Origin: an uncultured archaeon
GTDB lineage: Archaea; Thermoplasmatota; Penumbrarchaeia; JASLWR01
Reading direction: 5' to 3'
Length of the DNA stretch: 64,000 nt
Assembly: GCA_964342815.1 (NCBI GenBank)
Contig: CAYFHS010000004.1
Location: forward strand, 81,338-145,337
The position numbers were made by a program, and so were the translations under genes. This document shows, in pieces, positions 28,278 to 39,400 of this stretch. The notes beneath the pieces were generated by a model. That model did not search any database. It had not been told where the DNA came from and saw only the letters and a list, made by a program, of their open reading frames with translations. The first letter of the stretch is position 1. Every line of letters starts with the position of its first letter.

Positions 28278-29732
28278 TCATTCCATGTTCATAAAGAATT
28301 CCTTGTACGCTAGATATGTATAATATATATCCGCCTTTGAAGATATCTCGAACGGCGAATGCATACTCACCAAAGCAGGGCCGGCATCCATGACATCCAT
28401 GTTATGCAGGGCCAGGAACTTTGCCACGGTCCCCCCTCCTCCTTCGTCAATCTTGCCCAGTTCGGCCGGCTGCCACGGTATCTTTGCGTCGTTCAGGATC
28501 CGTCTCACCTTCGCCACGAACTCAGCCGAAGCCTCGCTTGAATTGTATTTGCCCCCTGAACCGGTATACTTCGTCACCACGATTCCTTTTCCCAGTACAG
28601 CAGCGTTCTGCTTCTCGTGAACATCCTTGAACATGGGATTTATCGCCCCATTCACATCGGCGGAGAGAGCGAACGACCTCTCCAGCGCGCGCCTCAGTTC
28701 TATCTCGCGGTAAGCACCATCTAACTTTTCCATCAACTCACCAACGGCGTTCAGGAGAAATCTCGATTTCACGCCCGTGGGACCGTCGCTGCCAACCTCT
28801 TCTCTGTCGAATAGTATGCACCCCACTGTCCTCTTGGGTATCTTCTTATCCATATCGAGGATGGCTTTCACGGATGTGAAGGCGCATATTCGGTCGTCCT
28901 GCCCGTAGGCTCCTACCAATGAACTGTCCAAGCCCACGTCCCTTGCAGGACCTGCCGGAACCACTTCCAGTTCCGCGGATACAAAATCCTCTTCGGTTAT
29001 TCCGTATCTGTCGTTCAACTCCTTCAGCACCATCAATTTTATTTTGTACTTGGCGTTCTCGTCCTCCAAGGGCCTCGAGCCAACTATCACCCTCATTTCC
29101 TCCCCTTTGATACCCTCCCGCAGAGTTCGCCGGTTCTGTTTTGCAGCGAGATGGGGTAAAAGGTCTGGGATCACTATCACCGGGTCGTTCTTCTTCTCGC
29201 CGATATCTATTTCTATTTCCTTCCCGTCAGTCCGCACCACCTTCCCGTGGAGCGCCATGGGAACGTTCACCCATTGGTATTTTTTGATCCCACCGTAATA
29301 ATGGGTCTTGAAAAGGGCGGTTTGCGAGTCCGAGTCTTCCGCCAATGGTGAGGGCTTTAGGTCCAGACGTGGCGCATCAACATGCGCCGCAATTATGTTC
29401 AATCCATCAGCCAGCGCTTTCTTTCCCACTCGAAAAAGCATGATGTTCTTGTGGCGGTTCTTTATATACACTCTATCCCCGGAAGAGATTTTCTTCATTT
29501 CAGATATTTTTCGGAATCCTTCCTTTCGTGCGATCTTCTCCGCGTATTCCACGGATTGAGACTCGGTCTTGCACTTCGACAGAAACTCCTTGTACCCCCG
29601 CGAGAACGAATAAATTTTTTTTATATCCTTTTTGCTGAGGCCTTCCCAGGTCGATTTTGGCGAGAACGAGAGTTTTTTCTCCAGTTCCGATTCCTCTTTC
29701 TTTTTCTTATCGCCGCTCTTCTTCTTTGCCAT
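28278..29732 (-). CDS. M18 family aminopeptidase
   Basis: AHVDAPRLDLKP, HYYGGIKKYQW, GAYGQDDR, DREEVGS, SADV, MHSPFE. Confidence 0.93.
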   Translation of the reverse strand: MAKKKSGDKKKKEESELEKKLSFSPKSTWEGLSKKDIKKIYSFSRGYKEFLSKCKTESQSVEYAEKIARKEGFRKISEMKKISSGDRVYIKNRHKNIMLFRVGKKALADGLNIIAAHVDAPRLDLKPSPLAEDSDSQTALFKTHYYGGIKKYQWVNVPMALHGKVVRTDGKEIEIDIGEKKNDPVIVIPDLLPHLAAKQNRRTLREGIKGEEMRVIVGSRPLEDENAKYKIKLMVLKELNDRYGITEEDFVSAELEVVPAGPARDVGLDSSLVGAYGQDDRICAFTSVKAILDMDKKIPKRTVGCILFDREEVGSDGPTGVKSRFLLNAVGELMEKLDGAYREIELRRALERSFALSADVNGAINPMFKDVHEKQNAAVLGKGIVVTKYTGSGGKYNSSEASAEFVAKVRRILNDAKIPWQPAELGKIDEGGGGTVAKFLALHNMDVMDAGPALVSMHSPFEISSKADIYYTYLAYKEFFMNME

Positions 29733-29913
29733 TCTGTCTTCCCCCGGATGGATTTCATCCTCTTTTTTTTATTGTAAATACCTGGCCGGAAACCTCTTCG
29801 AGCGTCCGACCATGCCGATATCAGCACTCAAGATCCTCGTCATTACCATTGGTTCGGCAAGGGTGTATCATCATCTACGGCATAAGTTTAAAATTCACTA
29901 TTGAGCAGGACCT

Positions 29914-30900
29914 CTATTCTCCCTCCAATTCCTCCAGGAGCTCTTCGCAGTGATCTCGGATGCTCTTTATATACTCCAGTGCCCGGTTCCTGGTCCTGCT
30001 GTCCTTTATGGTCCTGATGCTTCCCGCGGTCCACCACCGGACGTTGTCCCACATCTGTTTGTAGACCACCATACGTTCCCTGTCCTGTGCATCCTCCCTT
30101 CGTACAACCACGGTTTCCCTTTTTCTATCCGTTTTCCCGCCGGCCCGCTCCATTTCGATATCGATCTTTTTCAACTTCTCCCTTGCTTTTTTCTGTAGAG
30201 AAAGTTTCTCGATGAGTTTTTCCTCTTCTCCCTCCGAAATACCCACCTCTATGAGACGTTTTGCATCGGTGATATCAACTTTTTCTTCTACAATGGCCTT
30301 TCTTAATTTCTCCGGGGCCTTTTTCAATATTCTTACCTTTTTTTCAGGTTCGTGTTTGCTAATTTCCCCTTTTTCGAGTTTATCCAGAAGCCATTGGCGG
30401 GTAGAATCATCAAGACCTCTTGTCTTAGTGATGTCCCGGGTAGTGATGGTATCGCCCCGGTGAAGTTTGTCCCGGTCCTTCTTTGCGGAGATGTAGGCGC
30501 CGACAGTTCCCTTGGTCAATCCAAGCCTGTTTGCCAATTCGCTGTTGCTGTAATCACCCATTTCCTTTATCTGGAATAACATATTCTCCCGCTCTACCGA
30601 GGTGAGGTCCTCTCTCATCCAGTTCTCTATAAGACTTTTTTCGGCAGCCTCGATGTCGCTTTCTATCTCCCAGATTATCGCAGGAATTTGTTTTCTCTTT
30701 AGATGACTGAAGGCCCGCCATCGGCGTTCACCAGCAATGATCTCGTAATTTTTACCCTGCACTCTCACAACTATGGGCTCCAAAAGCCCCTGCGCGTCGA
30801 TGCTCTTGGCCAATTCCAGAATGCGGTCCTTGGGAAAGCTCTCTCTGGGCTGGGCTGGATTTGGTTTGATCAGCTGCATCTTTATCTCTTCGAATTTCAT
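29914..30900 (-). CDS. ParB/Spo0J-like protein
   Basis: NPAQPRESF, GLLEPIVVR, IIAGERRWRA, ENWMREDL, HTH-like region. Confidence 0.88.
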   Translation of the reverse strand: MKFEEIKMQLIKPNPAQPRESFPKDRILELAKSIDAQGLLEPIVVRVQGKNYEIIAGERRWRAFSHLKRKQIPAIIWEIESDIEAAEKSLIENWMREDLTSVERENMLFQIKEMGDYSNSELANRLGLTKGTVGAYISAKKDRDKLHRGDTITTRDITKTRGLDDSTRQWLLDKLEKGEISKHEPEKKVRILKKAPEKLRKAIVEEKVDITDAKRLIEVGISEGEEEKLIEKLSLQKKAREKLKKIDIEMERAGGKTDRKRETVVVRREDAQDRERMVVYKQMWDNVRWWTAGSIRTIKDSRTRNRALEYIKSIRDHCEELLEELEGE

Positions 30901-30909
30901 ACCATCACC

Positions 30910-31134
30910 TTACAATTTTACGAGCTGGGAAGCGATTTCGCTCCAGCTTACCGTCTTCGCGGTCATTTTTTCCCCCCGTATCTCCACCAGCATCAATTCT
31001 ATTTCATCAGGTTCCTTGTGGTTTTGCATGAGCTCTTTTATTCTGATAACCGATTCCTTGAACTCGTCGTACAATGTAATTTCCTCATCGGTTTGAAGTA
31101 CCCAAAACCGGTTATTATCAAGCTTCATTTCCAT
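30910..31134 (-). CDS. Small hypothetical protein, translationally linked to the parB-like gene
   Basis: ATG 31134 follows GGAGG; the stop is 9 bp before the parB start. Confidence 0.65.
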   Translation of the reverse strand: MEMKLDNNRFWVLQTDEEITLYDEFKESVIRIKELMQNHKEPDEIELMLVEIRGEKMTAKTVSWSEIASQLVKL

Positions 31135-31421
31135 GATTCCCGCCTCCGTTACACCCAACTGAATTATCGTATTTTAATATTGTCTCCCAATTAGAATTAC
31201 GCTTATTATCCATAATGGAAATCGTATAAAAATGTCTTAAAAGACTATTGTCGAATTCAGCAGTACTGATCTTCAATACGCGCGTTTCGTTCAGATTCTT
31301 AATGCTCTTGGGGCATGCATCGTTTTCACCTAAACCTCGGTGTGCTCTGCTGTTAAGAATCCCCTGCTTTTTTCCCCATTTACCTCTCCATCGCATGGAA
31401 TATCGCGGCAAATAATTAATA

Positions 31422-32417
31422 GTGACGAAGAACAATTCCCTAAACATGGAGATCAAGGTCCCGCCGGGTATGGAGAAAGATACTTTTTTTATAGTACGCT
31501 ACGGTGAGCTGGGCCTGAAATCCGGCCCTGTTAAGAAACAATTTCTAAAGCAGCTCAGATCCAATGTGGAAACGATGTTCCTTGATGCCAACATTGACTG
31601 TTACCTGAATTTTACCCGCGGCAGACTGTATGCTTATCCCGAAGATATTGTAATAGGGTCAGACATCCTTGCGAAAACCTTCGGGGTGGTATCCATTTCT
31701 CCAGGGATTTCTCTGGATACTTCCGATTTAGACGAGATAGCAGCGAAAGCGGTAGAATATTCTCATTGGCTTTTTGGGAAAGGTGATCGATTTGCGGTGA
31801 GAGCAAGACGAGTGGGCAATCACCCCTATACCTCGCAAGATGTAAATGTCAGGGTCGGTGCGGAGATATTAAAAAAAAATGCTGAGAAAGAGCTCACCGT
31901 AAAGCTTCGCTCACCCGACAAGACCCTGTACATCGAGATAAGGGATAACACGGCGTTTTTCTATCATCAATCGATACCGGGACCCGGTGGACTGCCTCTG
32001 GGTGTCTCCGGAAGCTCAGTCTGTGCCGTGGGAAATGAAGGGAGCCTCCTTGCTGCATACCTGATGATGAAAAGAGGAAACCGACTGCACCTTTTCTACA
32101 CTCCCCGGGTCTATAAGAAACCTCTGCCAAGAGAAGAGATATTATCCTATCTGGGTAGATTCATCCTCCGGCCGGTGATAGAAGAGTTGCCAGAGGCTTC
32201 CCCTGGAAATATTTTCAGCATACTGGATTCGAAGAGCTCCCAGTTGAGTTCCCGCGCCACAGTGCTCGGCTTCGATCTGGATCGCTTTACAGAAATTCTC
32301 GAAGAATATGGGGTAAAACACACCGAGCACCCAGTATTTTACCCTATCATAGGTTTTTCTCGAGATATGATTCATGAAATGTTCATGGATACGCTGCATC
32401 GGAATACCGATAATTGA
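31422..32417 (+). CDS. THUMP-domain ThiI-like tRNA-binding protein with a degenerate PP-loop
   Basis: IVRYGELGLKS, FAVRARRVGNHPYTS, GPGGLPLG and AAYLMMKRG are present, but the SGGxDS loop reads AVGNEGS. Confidence 0.8.
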   Translation: MTKNNSLNMEIKVPPGMEKDTFFIVRYGELGLKSGPVKKQFLKQLRSNVETMFLDANIDCYLNFTRGRLYAYPEDIVIGSDILAKTFGVVSISPGISLDTSDLDEIAAKAVEYSHWLFGKGDRFAVRARRVGNHPYTSQDVNVRVGAEILKKNAEKELTVKLRSPDKTLYIEIRDNTAFFYHQSIPGPGGLPLGVSGSSVCAVGNEGSLLAAYLMMKRGNRLHLFYTPRVYKKPLPREEILSYLGRFILRPVIEELPEASPGNIFSILDSKSSQLSSRATVLGFDLDRFTEILEEYGVKHTEHPVFYPIIGFSRDMIHEMFMDTLHRNTDN

Positions 32418-32458
32418 TTTTCGAAAAATGAAAAGAAAAATTTGGAAGGCGATAAGCG

Positions 32459-33142
32459 ATGAAGGACGAAAAAAAATTAAATTTCAACGTCTTCACGTAC
32501 GTCTATCGAGGATTTGCGGCAAAAAAGTTCCGGCACGCCCTTACAGTTCTGGGACTTACTCTCGCCATAACCTTTCTCATACTTGTCCTGTCAATGGCAA
32601 GAGGTTTTATGCTGGAGGTTGAAGGGGGATTGAATAGCACCATCGATGAAGAGGATGGAACCACCGTACCCGGTGTTGACGACGCAGGCAAGGAGGCAAC
32701 CAAATTTGATCGGGAGGTGCAGAAGACCATTATCATGTGGCTTATTGTAACTTCAGCTTTCATAATTATAGCTTCAACGGCGATAATCTCGAATACAATG
32801 TACCTTTCGGTGAGAGAAAGGCGGAAGGAGATCGGAATATTGAAGGCAGTTGGGCTCACTGATCTTCAGGTAGCAAAGATTTTTATTACCGAATCCATAT
32901 GGTTGTGCGTGCTGGCATGGCTCATCGCTCTGTTCTCGGGGACCATCATATCAGGTAATATTTTCAACAATCTTTATGTAAAGGGCAGCAGTCCTCTGTT
33001 TTTCACTCCTGCGCGGGCAATGCCCGAGATACTTTTAATCGCCTTCTTAGTAACCGTGATAGTCGGCGCATTATCCGCACTCTATCCTGCCATGAAAGCT
33101 GCAAGAATGGATCCGGTTTCGGCAATATCCCCGGGCGAATAA
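32459..33142 (+). CDS. FtsX/MacB-type ABC permease (short, no ATPase partner in the window)
   Basis: SVRERRKEIGILKAVG, ALYPAMKAARMDPV. Confidence 0.85.
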   Translation: MKDEKKLNFNVFTYVYRGFAAKKFRHALTVLGLTLAITFLILVLSMARGFMLEVEGGLNSTIDEEDGTTVPGVDDAGKEATKFDREVQKTIIMWLIVTSAFIIIASTAIISNTMYLSVRERRKEIGILKAVGLTDLQVAKIFITESIWLCVLAWLIALFSGTIISGNIFNNLYVKGSSPLFFTPARAMPEILLIAFLVTVIVGALSALYPAMKAARMDPVSAISPGE

Positions 33143-33232
33143 CTTATGTCACTGGTTGAATATTGAAAGTGCAATTTTGACCAAAACCGATAAGTAGAGT
33201 ATTAATGATTCGCCCCTGATTGGATTTTTCTC

Positions 33233-33883
33233 ATGAATAATAACTGTATCAATAGAGTGGAGGAAAGGAAATTGGCCGATGATAGCAATACAAAAGCTTC
33301 TCCTGTTGGAAAGGACCGAAATAGTGATATTGATCCCGATTATAAGAAATTATCAAAGAAGGATCTGGTCAGCTTGCTCGCGGAAAGGGATCAAGAATTG
33401 GCCGTTCTGAATTCAAAATTAACGGCCTTTCATGAAAGCACGGAGATACTGAAGAACCAGCATCTCCGTTTGGAGGCGGATTTCATCAATTTCAGAAAAC
33501 GGAATCTGAAAGAGCGGCAGGCACTCATTGCTAATGTTAAGGAGGACCTTATAATAAATTTACTCAATGTCAAGATGAACTTGGACCGGGCCTTTGCCCA
33601 GATAAAAGATTCCAAGGATATACTTGGTCTGAAGAAAGGGCTGGAAATGGTGGAGCTTCAATTGATCCAGTTCCTTGAATCCCAGGGAGTTCAAGAGATC
33701 TCCGGAGAGGGGATGTGCTTTGACCCGTCTTCACAGGAAGCGGTCAATAGGGTGGTGGACACGAATATCAAAGAAGATACAGTTCTAAAGATAGTGGAAA
33801 AGGGTTATTTGCTCAATGACAAGGTGATAATTCCCATGAAATGCATTGTATCGGTACCTCCCGACAATACGGATGATAACTGA
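33233..33883 (+). CDS. grpE: Nucleotide exchange factor GrpE
   Basis: RLEADFINFRKR, NLDRA, FDPSSQEAV, KGYLLNDKVI. Confidence 0.9.
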   Translation: MNNNCINRVEERKLADDSNTKASPVGKDRNSDIDPDYKKLSKKDLVSLLAERDQELAVLNSKLTAFHESTEILKNQHLRLEADFINFRKRNLKERQALIANVKEDLIINLLNVKMNLDRAFAQIKDSKDILGLKKGLEMVELQLIQFLESQGVQEISGEGMCFDPSSQEAVNRVVDTNIKEDTVLKIVEKGYLLNDKVIIPMKCIVSVPPDNTDDN

Positions 33884-33904
33884 GAAAATCAATAACGGAG
33901 CACA

Positions 33905-35092
33905 TTGGGTATGACAAAACAGGACCTTTACGAGACCTTGGGCGTATCCCGGGATGCCGATGAGAGGGAAATTACCAAGGCTTACCGGAAACTTGCTATG
34001 AAATATCACCCGGATCGGAATCCGGGGAGCAAGGACGCCGAGGACAAGTTCAAAGAGGCCACGGAGGCTTACGAAGTACTGTCCAATGCGGATAAGAAGA
34101 TGCAGTACGACACATATGGTTCAGTTAGTGATACTCCCGGTGGATTCGACATGCACATGGACATGGGGGATGCAATGAGCATTTTCAGAAGGGTTTTTCA
34201 AGATTTTGGTTTTGGATCCGGATTCAGCGGATTTTCCAGCATGGGTGATGATTTTTTTACCCCCTTCGGCCGCAGAAATGGGGGGAGAGGGCCCAGGGGG
34301 AGGGCTGCGGGGGAGAACGGCAGCGATATTATAACGGATATTGCAATTGATCTTAAAGAGGCGGCGGCAGGCATCGCGAAGACCATAGAGATCGATGCAA
34401 AGACGAAGTGTCCTACATGCAACGGGAGTCGTATGGCGGAGGGTGGTGAAATGGTGGTTTGCCAGGATTGCGGTGGGACCGGCCAGGTCAAGGAAGTAAA
34501 GAGAACACTTTTCGGTCAGATCATAAATATCGCGGCTTGTCCCGAATGCAGGGGAGACGGCGAGATCATCAAAGGTAAGTGCCGCCAATGCAAGGGTAAG
34601 GGCCGTGTTCATAAGAATCGAAGGATATCCATAGACATACCTGCCGGCGTATCCGACCACTCCAGTCTGCGCCTCAAAGGTAAGGGGAACGATGGATTGA
34701 ACAACGGACGGGGCGGTGACCTGTATGTGGTGGTCAGGATTCCCGAACACGATTTCTTTAAAAGGAACGGGGATGACATAGCTGTTGAGATACCTATTAC
34801 CTTGGGCCAAGCGCTGCTCGGCGACACGATAGTGATACCCACGATCCTGGGGGATGAGAAATTCAAAATAAAACCGGGGACCGAACCAGATTCCGTGATC
34901 ACATTGAAGGGGAAAGGCATGCCAAGTTTGAGCGGGAGGGGCCGGGGAGATCAGTATGTACGTTTTTTCTACATTTTACCGGATAAGTTGAATTCCAAAC
35001 AGAAAAAATTGGCAAAACAATGGTTCGCTATTGAAAAAAAGGAACGGGCGGCCATTCGTGAAACGTTGAAGAAAAGGGCAAAAGGTAGTTGA
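33905..35092 (+). CDS. dnaJ: Chaperone DnaJ
   Basis: J-domain HPD motif (YHPDRN), G/F-rich region, four CxxCxGxG zinc motifs, C-terminal domain. Start is TTG 33905 or ATG 33911. Confidence 0.96.
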   Translation: MGMTKQDLYETLGVSRDADEREITKAYRKLAMKYHPDRNPGSKDAEDKFKEATEAYEVLSNADKKMQYDTYGSVSDTPGGFDMHMDMGDAMSIFRRVFQDFGFGSGFSGFSSMGDDFFTPFGRRNGGRGPRGRAAGENGSDIITDIAIDLKEAAAGIAKTIEIDAKTKCPTCNGSRMAEGGEMVVCQDCGGTGQVKEVKRTLFGQIINIAACPECRGDGEIIKGKCRQCKGKGRVHKNRRISIDIPAGVSDHSSLRLKGKGNDGLNNGRGGDLYVVVRIPEHDFFKRNGDDIAVEIPITLGQALLGDTIVIPTILGDEKFKIKPGTEPDSVITLKGKGMPSLSGRGRGDQYVRFFYILPDKLNSKQKKLAKQWFAIEKKERAAIRETLKKRAKGS

Positions 35093-35104
35093 TAGCTTGA
35101 CACT

Positions 35105-36460
35105 TCAGTTCAACCAGGACATGTCGTCGTCTTTTCTTCCGTAGCGCCTGGACCCATGCCGATATTCGCCGCTGCTTCTTTTATTTCTTTTACCGTATGT
35201 TGACCTCGGTTTACGTTCTCTCTCCCTCCCCCTGCCGCTCCGGTCACGGTGCCCGGGCAGTTCGCCCTTCCTCCCGGACCTGGTTTTCCCAATATGGTCA
35301 CCTCTCTTTTCTTTCCTTTCTGACCTTTTATTATACTCTCGTTTACTCTCATTCCGCCTTTCACTTTGCCTATCTTTCTCCGATCGTCCTTCTCTTTCAC
35401 CACGAGATCCATAACGGTCTTCGTCCTCCCACCCGCCGGTATCCCTGCCATATCGTCTTTCCTCACGATTTCCAGATCCGTAATTACTCCCCCATGCGAT
35501 TTCATCTTCATCGGACTCTCTCCGCCTATTCTTCCTTTTCCCGTCCTTCCGCCCTTTGCTTCTGTCGCGCGGCCTTTCATCGCCACTACCTCCCCATGCG
35601 ATATCGTCTTCACCTGCTTCCTCCCGCCCACGTCTTCTGCTGCGCGGCCTTTCATCGCCAACCTTCCCCCAGGAAATATCATTTTCATCCGGTTCTTCCT
35701 CCCATCCGGCAGTGTCGTCATCGTTTGACCCGCCCCATGAAATTTCACTATTGCTCTTAGACTCATGGTGACGTGAAGCACCGAAATCTCCGTTACCATG
35801 GTTTCCCCGGCCGCGGCTGTCTTCCTCCCTCCTTTTCGATCTCTCTTCTTTGTGGATTTGCCTCATCATTCCCTTTATCTGGTCTGTTCCCCCCTTGTAC
35901 AGAAGTGCACCTCCGCCAAAAACAACTATTGCCGCTATAATAATAATATACATTATAAGACCTGGTTCGAATATTTCTTTTGTCTCACTAACTGTGATAT
36001 CTTTTGGTGCTGCGATCTCCACGGTACCATAGTCATCCGGCCCCAATGCATCCGACCGAGATACTCCTAGATAAACTGTTCCTTCAAGCAGCTGTGACGC
36101 CTGAACCACAATGGTATCATTTACTGCAGGTCTATATTTCTCCACAGGCAGCTCTTTCCAGGTTATGAGGTCGGTTGAACTCCACACTACAAGCTCGGAA
36201 ACGTCCATACCTGCCGATTCGGAGATCCCCACTTCGATGACGAAATCACCTTTGGCCTTCATGGGGATGGATGTAATATTGAGAGGCCCCGCATTATCGG
36301 CTCTTCTACCCATTGGATCTACAGCCTCATGTGGGTAAATCATATCCGCAGTTTCATCCGCATATTTCAACCCCAAGGGCTGTGAAAGTAAAATAACAGC
36401 CAGTGCTGAAATGATGATAATGGCCATTTTCCAAGTGAATGTTTTTTCTCGACTCTGCAT
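35105..36460 (-). CDS. Hypothetical membrane protein: signal anchor, small extracellular domain, TM, long R/E/G-rich disordered tail with repeated D/E-I-x-W-G motifs
   Basis: ATG 36460 follows GAGTGA, overlapping the upstream stop. Hydrophobic N-terminus and an internal TM IMYIIIIAAIVVFGGGALL. Confidence 0.75.
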   Translation of the reverse strand: MQSREKTFTWKMAIIIISALAVILLSQPLGLKYADETADMIYPHEAVDPMGRRADNAGPLNITSIPMKAKGDFVIEVGISESAGMDVSELVVWSSTDLITWKELPVEKYRPAVNDTIVVQASQLLEGTVYLGVSRSDALGPDDYGTVEIAAPKDITVSETKEIFEPGLIMYIIIIAAIVVFGGGALLYKGGTDQIKGMMRQIHKEERSKRREEDSRGRGNHGNGDFGASRHHESKSNSEISWGGSNDDDTAGWEEEPDENDISWGKVGDERPRSRRRGREEAGEDDIAWGGSGDERPRDRSKGRKDGKRKNRRRESDEDEIAWGSNYGSGNREERRYGRDTGGWEDEDRYGSRGEREGRSEKDRQSERRNESKREYNKRSERKEKRGDHIGKTRSGRKGELPGHRDRSGRGRERERKPRSTYGKRNKRSSGEYRHGSRRYGRKDDDMSWLN

Positions 36461-36464
36461 TTGT

Positions 36465-39400
36465 TCACTCCCCTTTTCCCGCGTCCAAACTGGGTCCCCC
36501 TGTGATTTCCTTATCTTTTTCCGAATCACTTTTTCTCTGCCTTTTCAATTGTAATTGCTGCCGTTTTCTATCCATGGATTCGGTTCTTCTTTGTACTTCC
36601 CTTCTTCCCAGCCGCGATAAGAATACACCGCCAACCATGACGAGGGCCACAACGATTGAAACCGAACAGATCACTGTCCTAAGGTTGGATGGGTATTCCA
36701 CCTCGATCTCCATGGTGATCGTGTGGTTCAGGCTATTATTATCGGTGACTGTCAGGGTCACAATGTATTTTCCTTCCTTTTCGTAACTGAAATTCGCTAT
36801 AGCCGTATCGGCATCCACATCGTTTGTCTTGTCCCCGTCCCCGTCCGAATCCACATTTGCATCGAAATCCCACCTGTAAGAGATGATCTCCCCGCCATCA
36901 ACGGAAGATGTTGATGCATCGAACCTTACCATCTCTCCCGGCTCTGCATGCGCAGGAGCTTTGATAATCGCCTCTGGTCGGGATGGCTCTTTTGAGGGCT
37001 CTTCAGTAACGGTTATTGGAAGGTCCAGAGTTATTTTACCCTTTTCATATTCTCCGGTTATGAAAAGCTTGTGTTCACCTGTTTTTACGCTTTTATCAAT
37101 GAAAACAGTAATTTCAATGATTTCAGTAACACCATCCTCTACCACGGGATCCGTATCATCCATCGAGAGATAGGCACCGTCGAGACCGGTATAATCGATG
37201 GAAACTGATACGGGCACATTGCCTGTGTTCTCAATGGAAATATTAAAATGAGCAGTTTCACTCTGTTTAATAAATAGTCTCGATAAATTGTCCATTATTT
37301 CCATCGCAATTTCAATTCTGGGTTCGAATGAGACATTGATATCGAACTTCCATATACCGTTTATGCATTTCCCTTCCAGTGTGGGGGTGGTTGGAATGAC
37401 CTTCCAGTAATAGGTAGCGATATCACCAAGATCGGTCAATGGATACCATGTATTCCCGGTAGTGGCAACTTCGATGATGTTATCCGCCCTGGCCCCGAGA
37501 TATATATGATAGGTGGTGTCCTCTCCGACGTTCTCAGACATCCATGTCAGGTTCACCTCCGTCTTATTTAGTGTTATACCATTAAGGGGTGCCTGTAATG
37601 TTACTTCGGGCACGCTGACTTCAGTGTCCACTGTAAAGGACCAGAAGTTTTCAGGAGTGGTGCCGAAGAGCTCACCGTCGAAAGCTTTTACGTACCAGTA
37701 ATAGGTGGTGGAATCCTCCAGTCCCTTTATGAGAATGTGGTTGAGCCTTATGTCACGGGTATGCAGGGCCGGGGGTTGTGTCTCTCCAAGGTAGAGGTCA
37801 TAGGATATTTCGGACGGGTCGTTATCTATGTCACGGGGGGTCCAGGTGAAGTTCACATTCACCTCTCTCACTATTGAGCCGTCCTTGGGATGTGGAGCTT
37901 CGACCTCCGGGAGATCGTTCATCGGGGCGACTGTGACAGGGATCGTGATAATACCAGTTTCCATGGAGTGATTGTTCTGCTGGCGGGCAAATAAATTGAT
38001 TTCGGTTTTACCGTTAAAGTCCTTCGACGGAGTGATTGTGATCCTTGTGTCGTTGCCCACAGTTGCCGAAATATTATCATCGGAAGTGGAGAGTATCAGT
38101 TCCAAGGTGTCTCCCTCGGCATCGAACAGGTAATCATCGAGAGAGAAATCGGTTGTATGCATGTTGTCCTCGACCAGGGAAAGTGCCGGAGGAACTCTGG
38201 ACCAGACCGGACCATCGTCCACATTTATTACGGAGATGTTTATGGGATCGGATGAGATGCTCAGACCGAACGAATTGGTGCAGTTGACAATGATTTCTAC
38301 GTTCCCGGTCCAGTTAACGACCAGCTGAGCTATGTCAATCTTTGAACCGTTCAAAACCACGGTTATGTTAATGTTGTCCGAAATGGATTCCATGGCATAT
38401 CTGGAGGGCCATCTCCCTGCATAAGTGTCGAAAAAATATTCTGCCAGATCGATAATATTGTCTTGCGGAGTGTCTTCTGTGACATTTATTAATGGAGGGA
38501 AATCCTTGAGCAGCTGAGGAGCAATGATCTCTCCGGAGGGTGTCCAGTTAACTCCCCATTCATGGAGGACCGGACTTCCCAAACCATCGGACAGGAATGA
38601 AGCTTTCAGGTAGATACGTCCGTGTTTGGCAGGATGAATGTCCCCTATGAAGATTGCCTCCGAGCCACCTGATGCCGTTTTCATTGTCAATATGTCTCCG
38701 GTGGTGTTGTCGTGCACCGTTATATTAATAAAATTTTCATCCGGGATTGAGGAGTTAATTCGCAAGGTATGCCAGAAATTGCCTTCCGGGAGTTCGACGG
38801 GGAGGGACACTACCGATGCGGGAATGCTCAGGTTTATTATTCTAACGTTTCCTGAGATCATGACATTGGTACTTTCACCTATTTTTTCATCCCGTATAAA
38901 ACTGTCTCTCCAGGTATTTTCCTTAATCCAGTCGACCCCCCACATCGTTAAACCTGGTGTCTCGCTACCATTACCTGATAGGGCCGCTCGAAGCCGAATT
39001 TTCTTGATTCCCATTACATTCAGACCAGTAAGGTCGATATTGTTGCCTGTCAATGCCAGGTAGCCTATGATTGTCGAATTGAACTCATTTTCCACCGATA
39101 TATTGACATAGGTATCGGAAGGTTCGGATTTATTAAGGGAGAGGTAAGACCAATACATATCATCGGGTAGGCTGAGAAGTGGAGAATGGATAATACCAGA
39201 ATTCCGAAAATTTTCAAACTGCCTCGCAATCTCCTGAGAACTCAGGGTACGATTCCAAACAGCAACCTCGTCGATCCGTCCTTCGAACCAATCCGAAAAA
39301 GAGGTCCCGTTCCATAAACATCCAATATGAAGAGAGTCCGCTATAGTGATATTGTCCGTGGTGTTATCGCTGATGTTTCCTTCCCTGATCCCGTCCACAT

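Noticed and set aside
31118-31456. 112-aa minus-strand ORF upstream of the parB unit
   Set aside because: It spans the divergent promoter region, overlaps both neighbours and has no recognisable motif.
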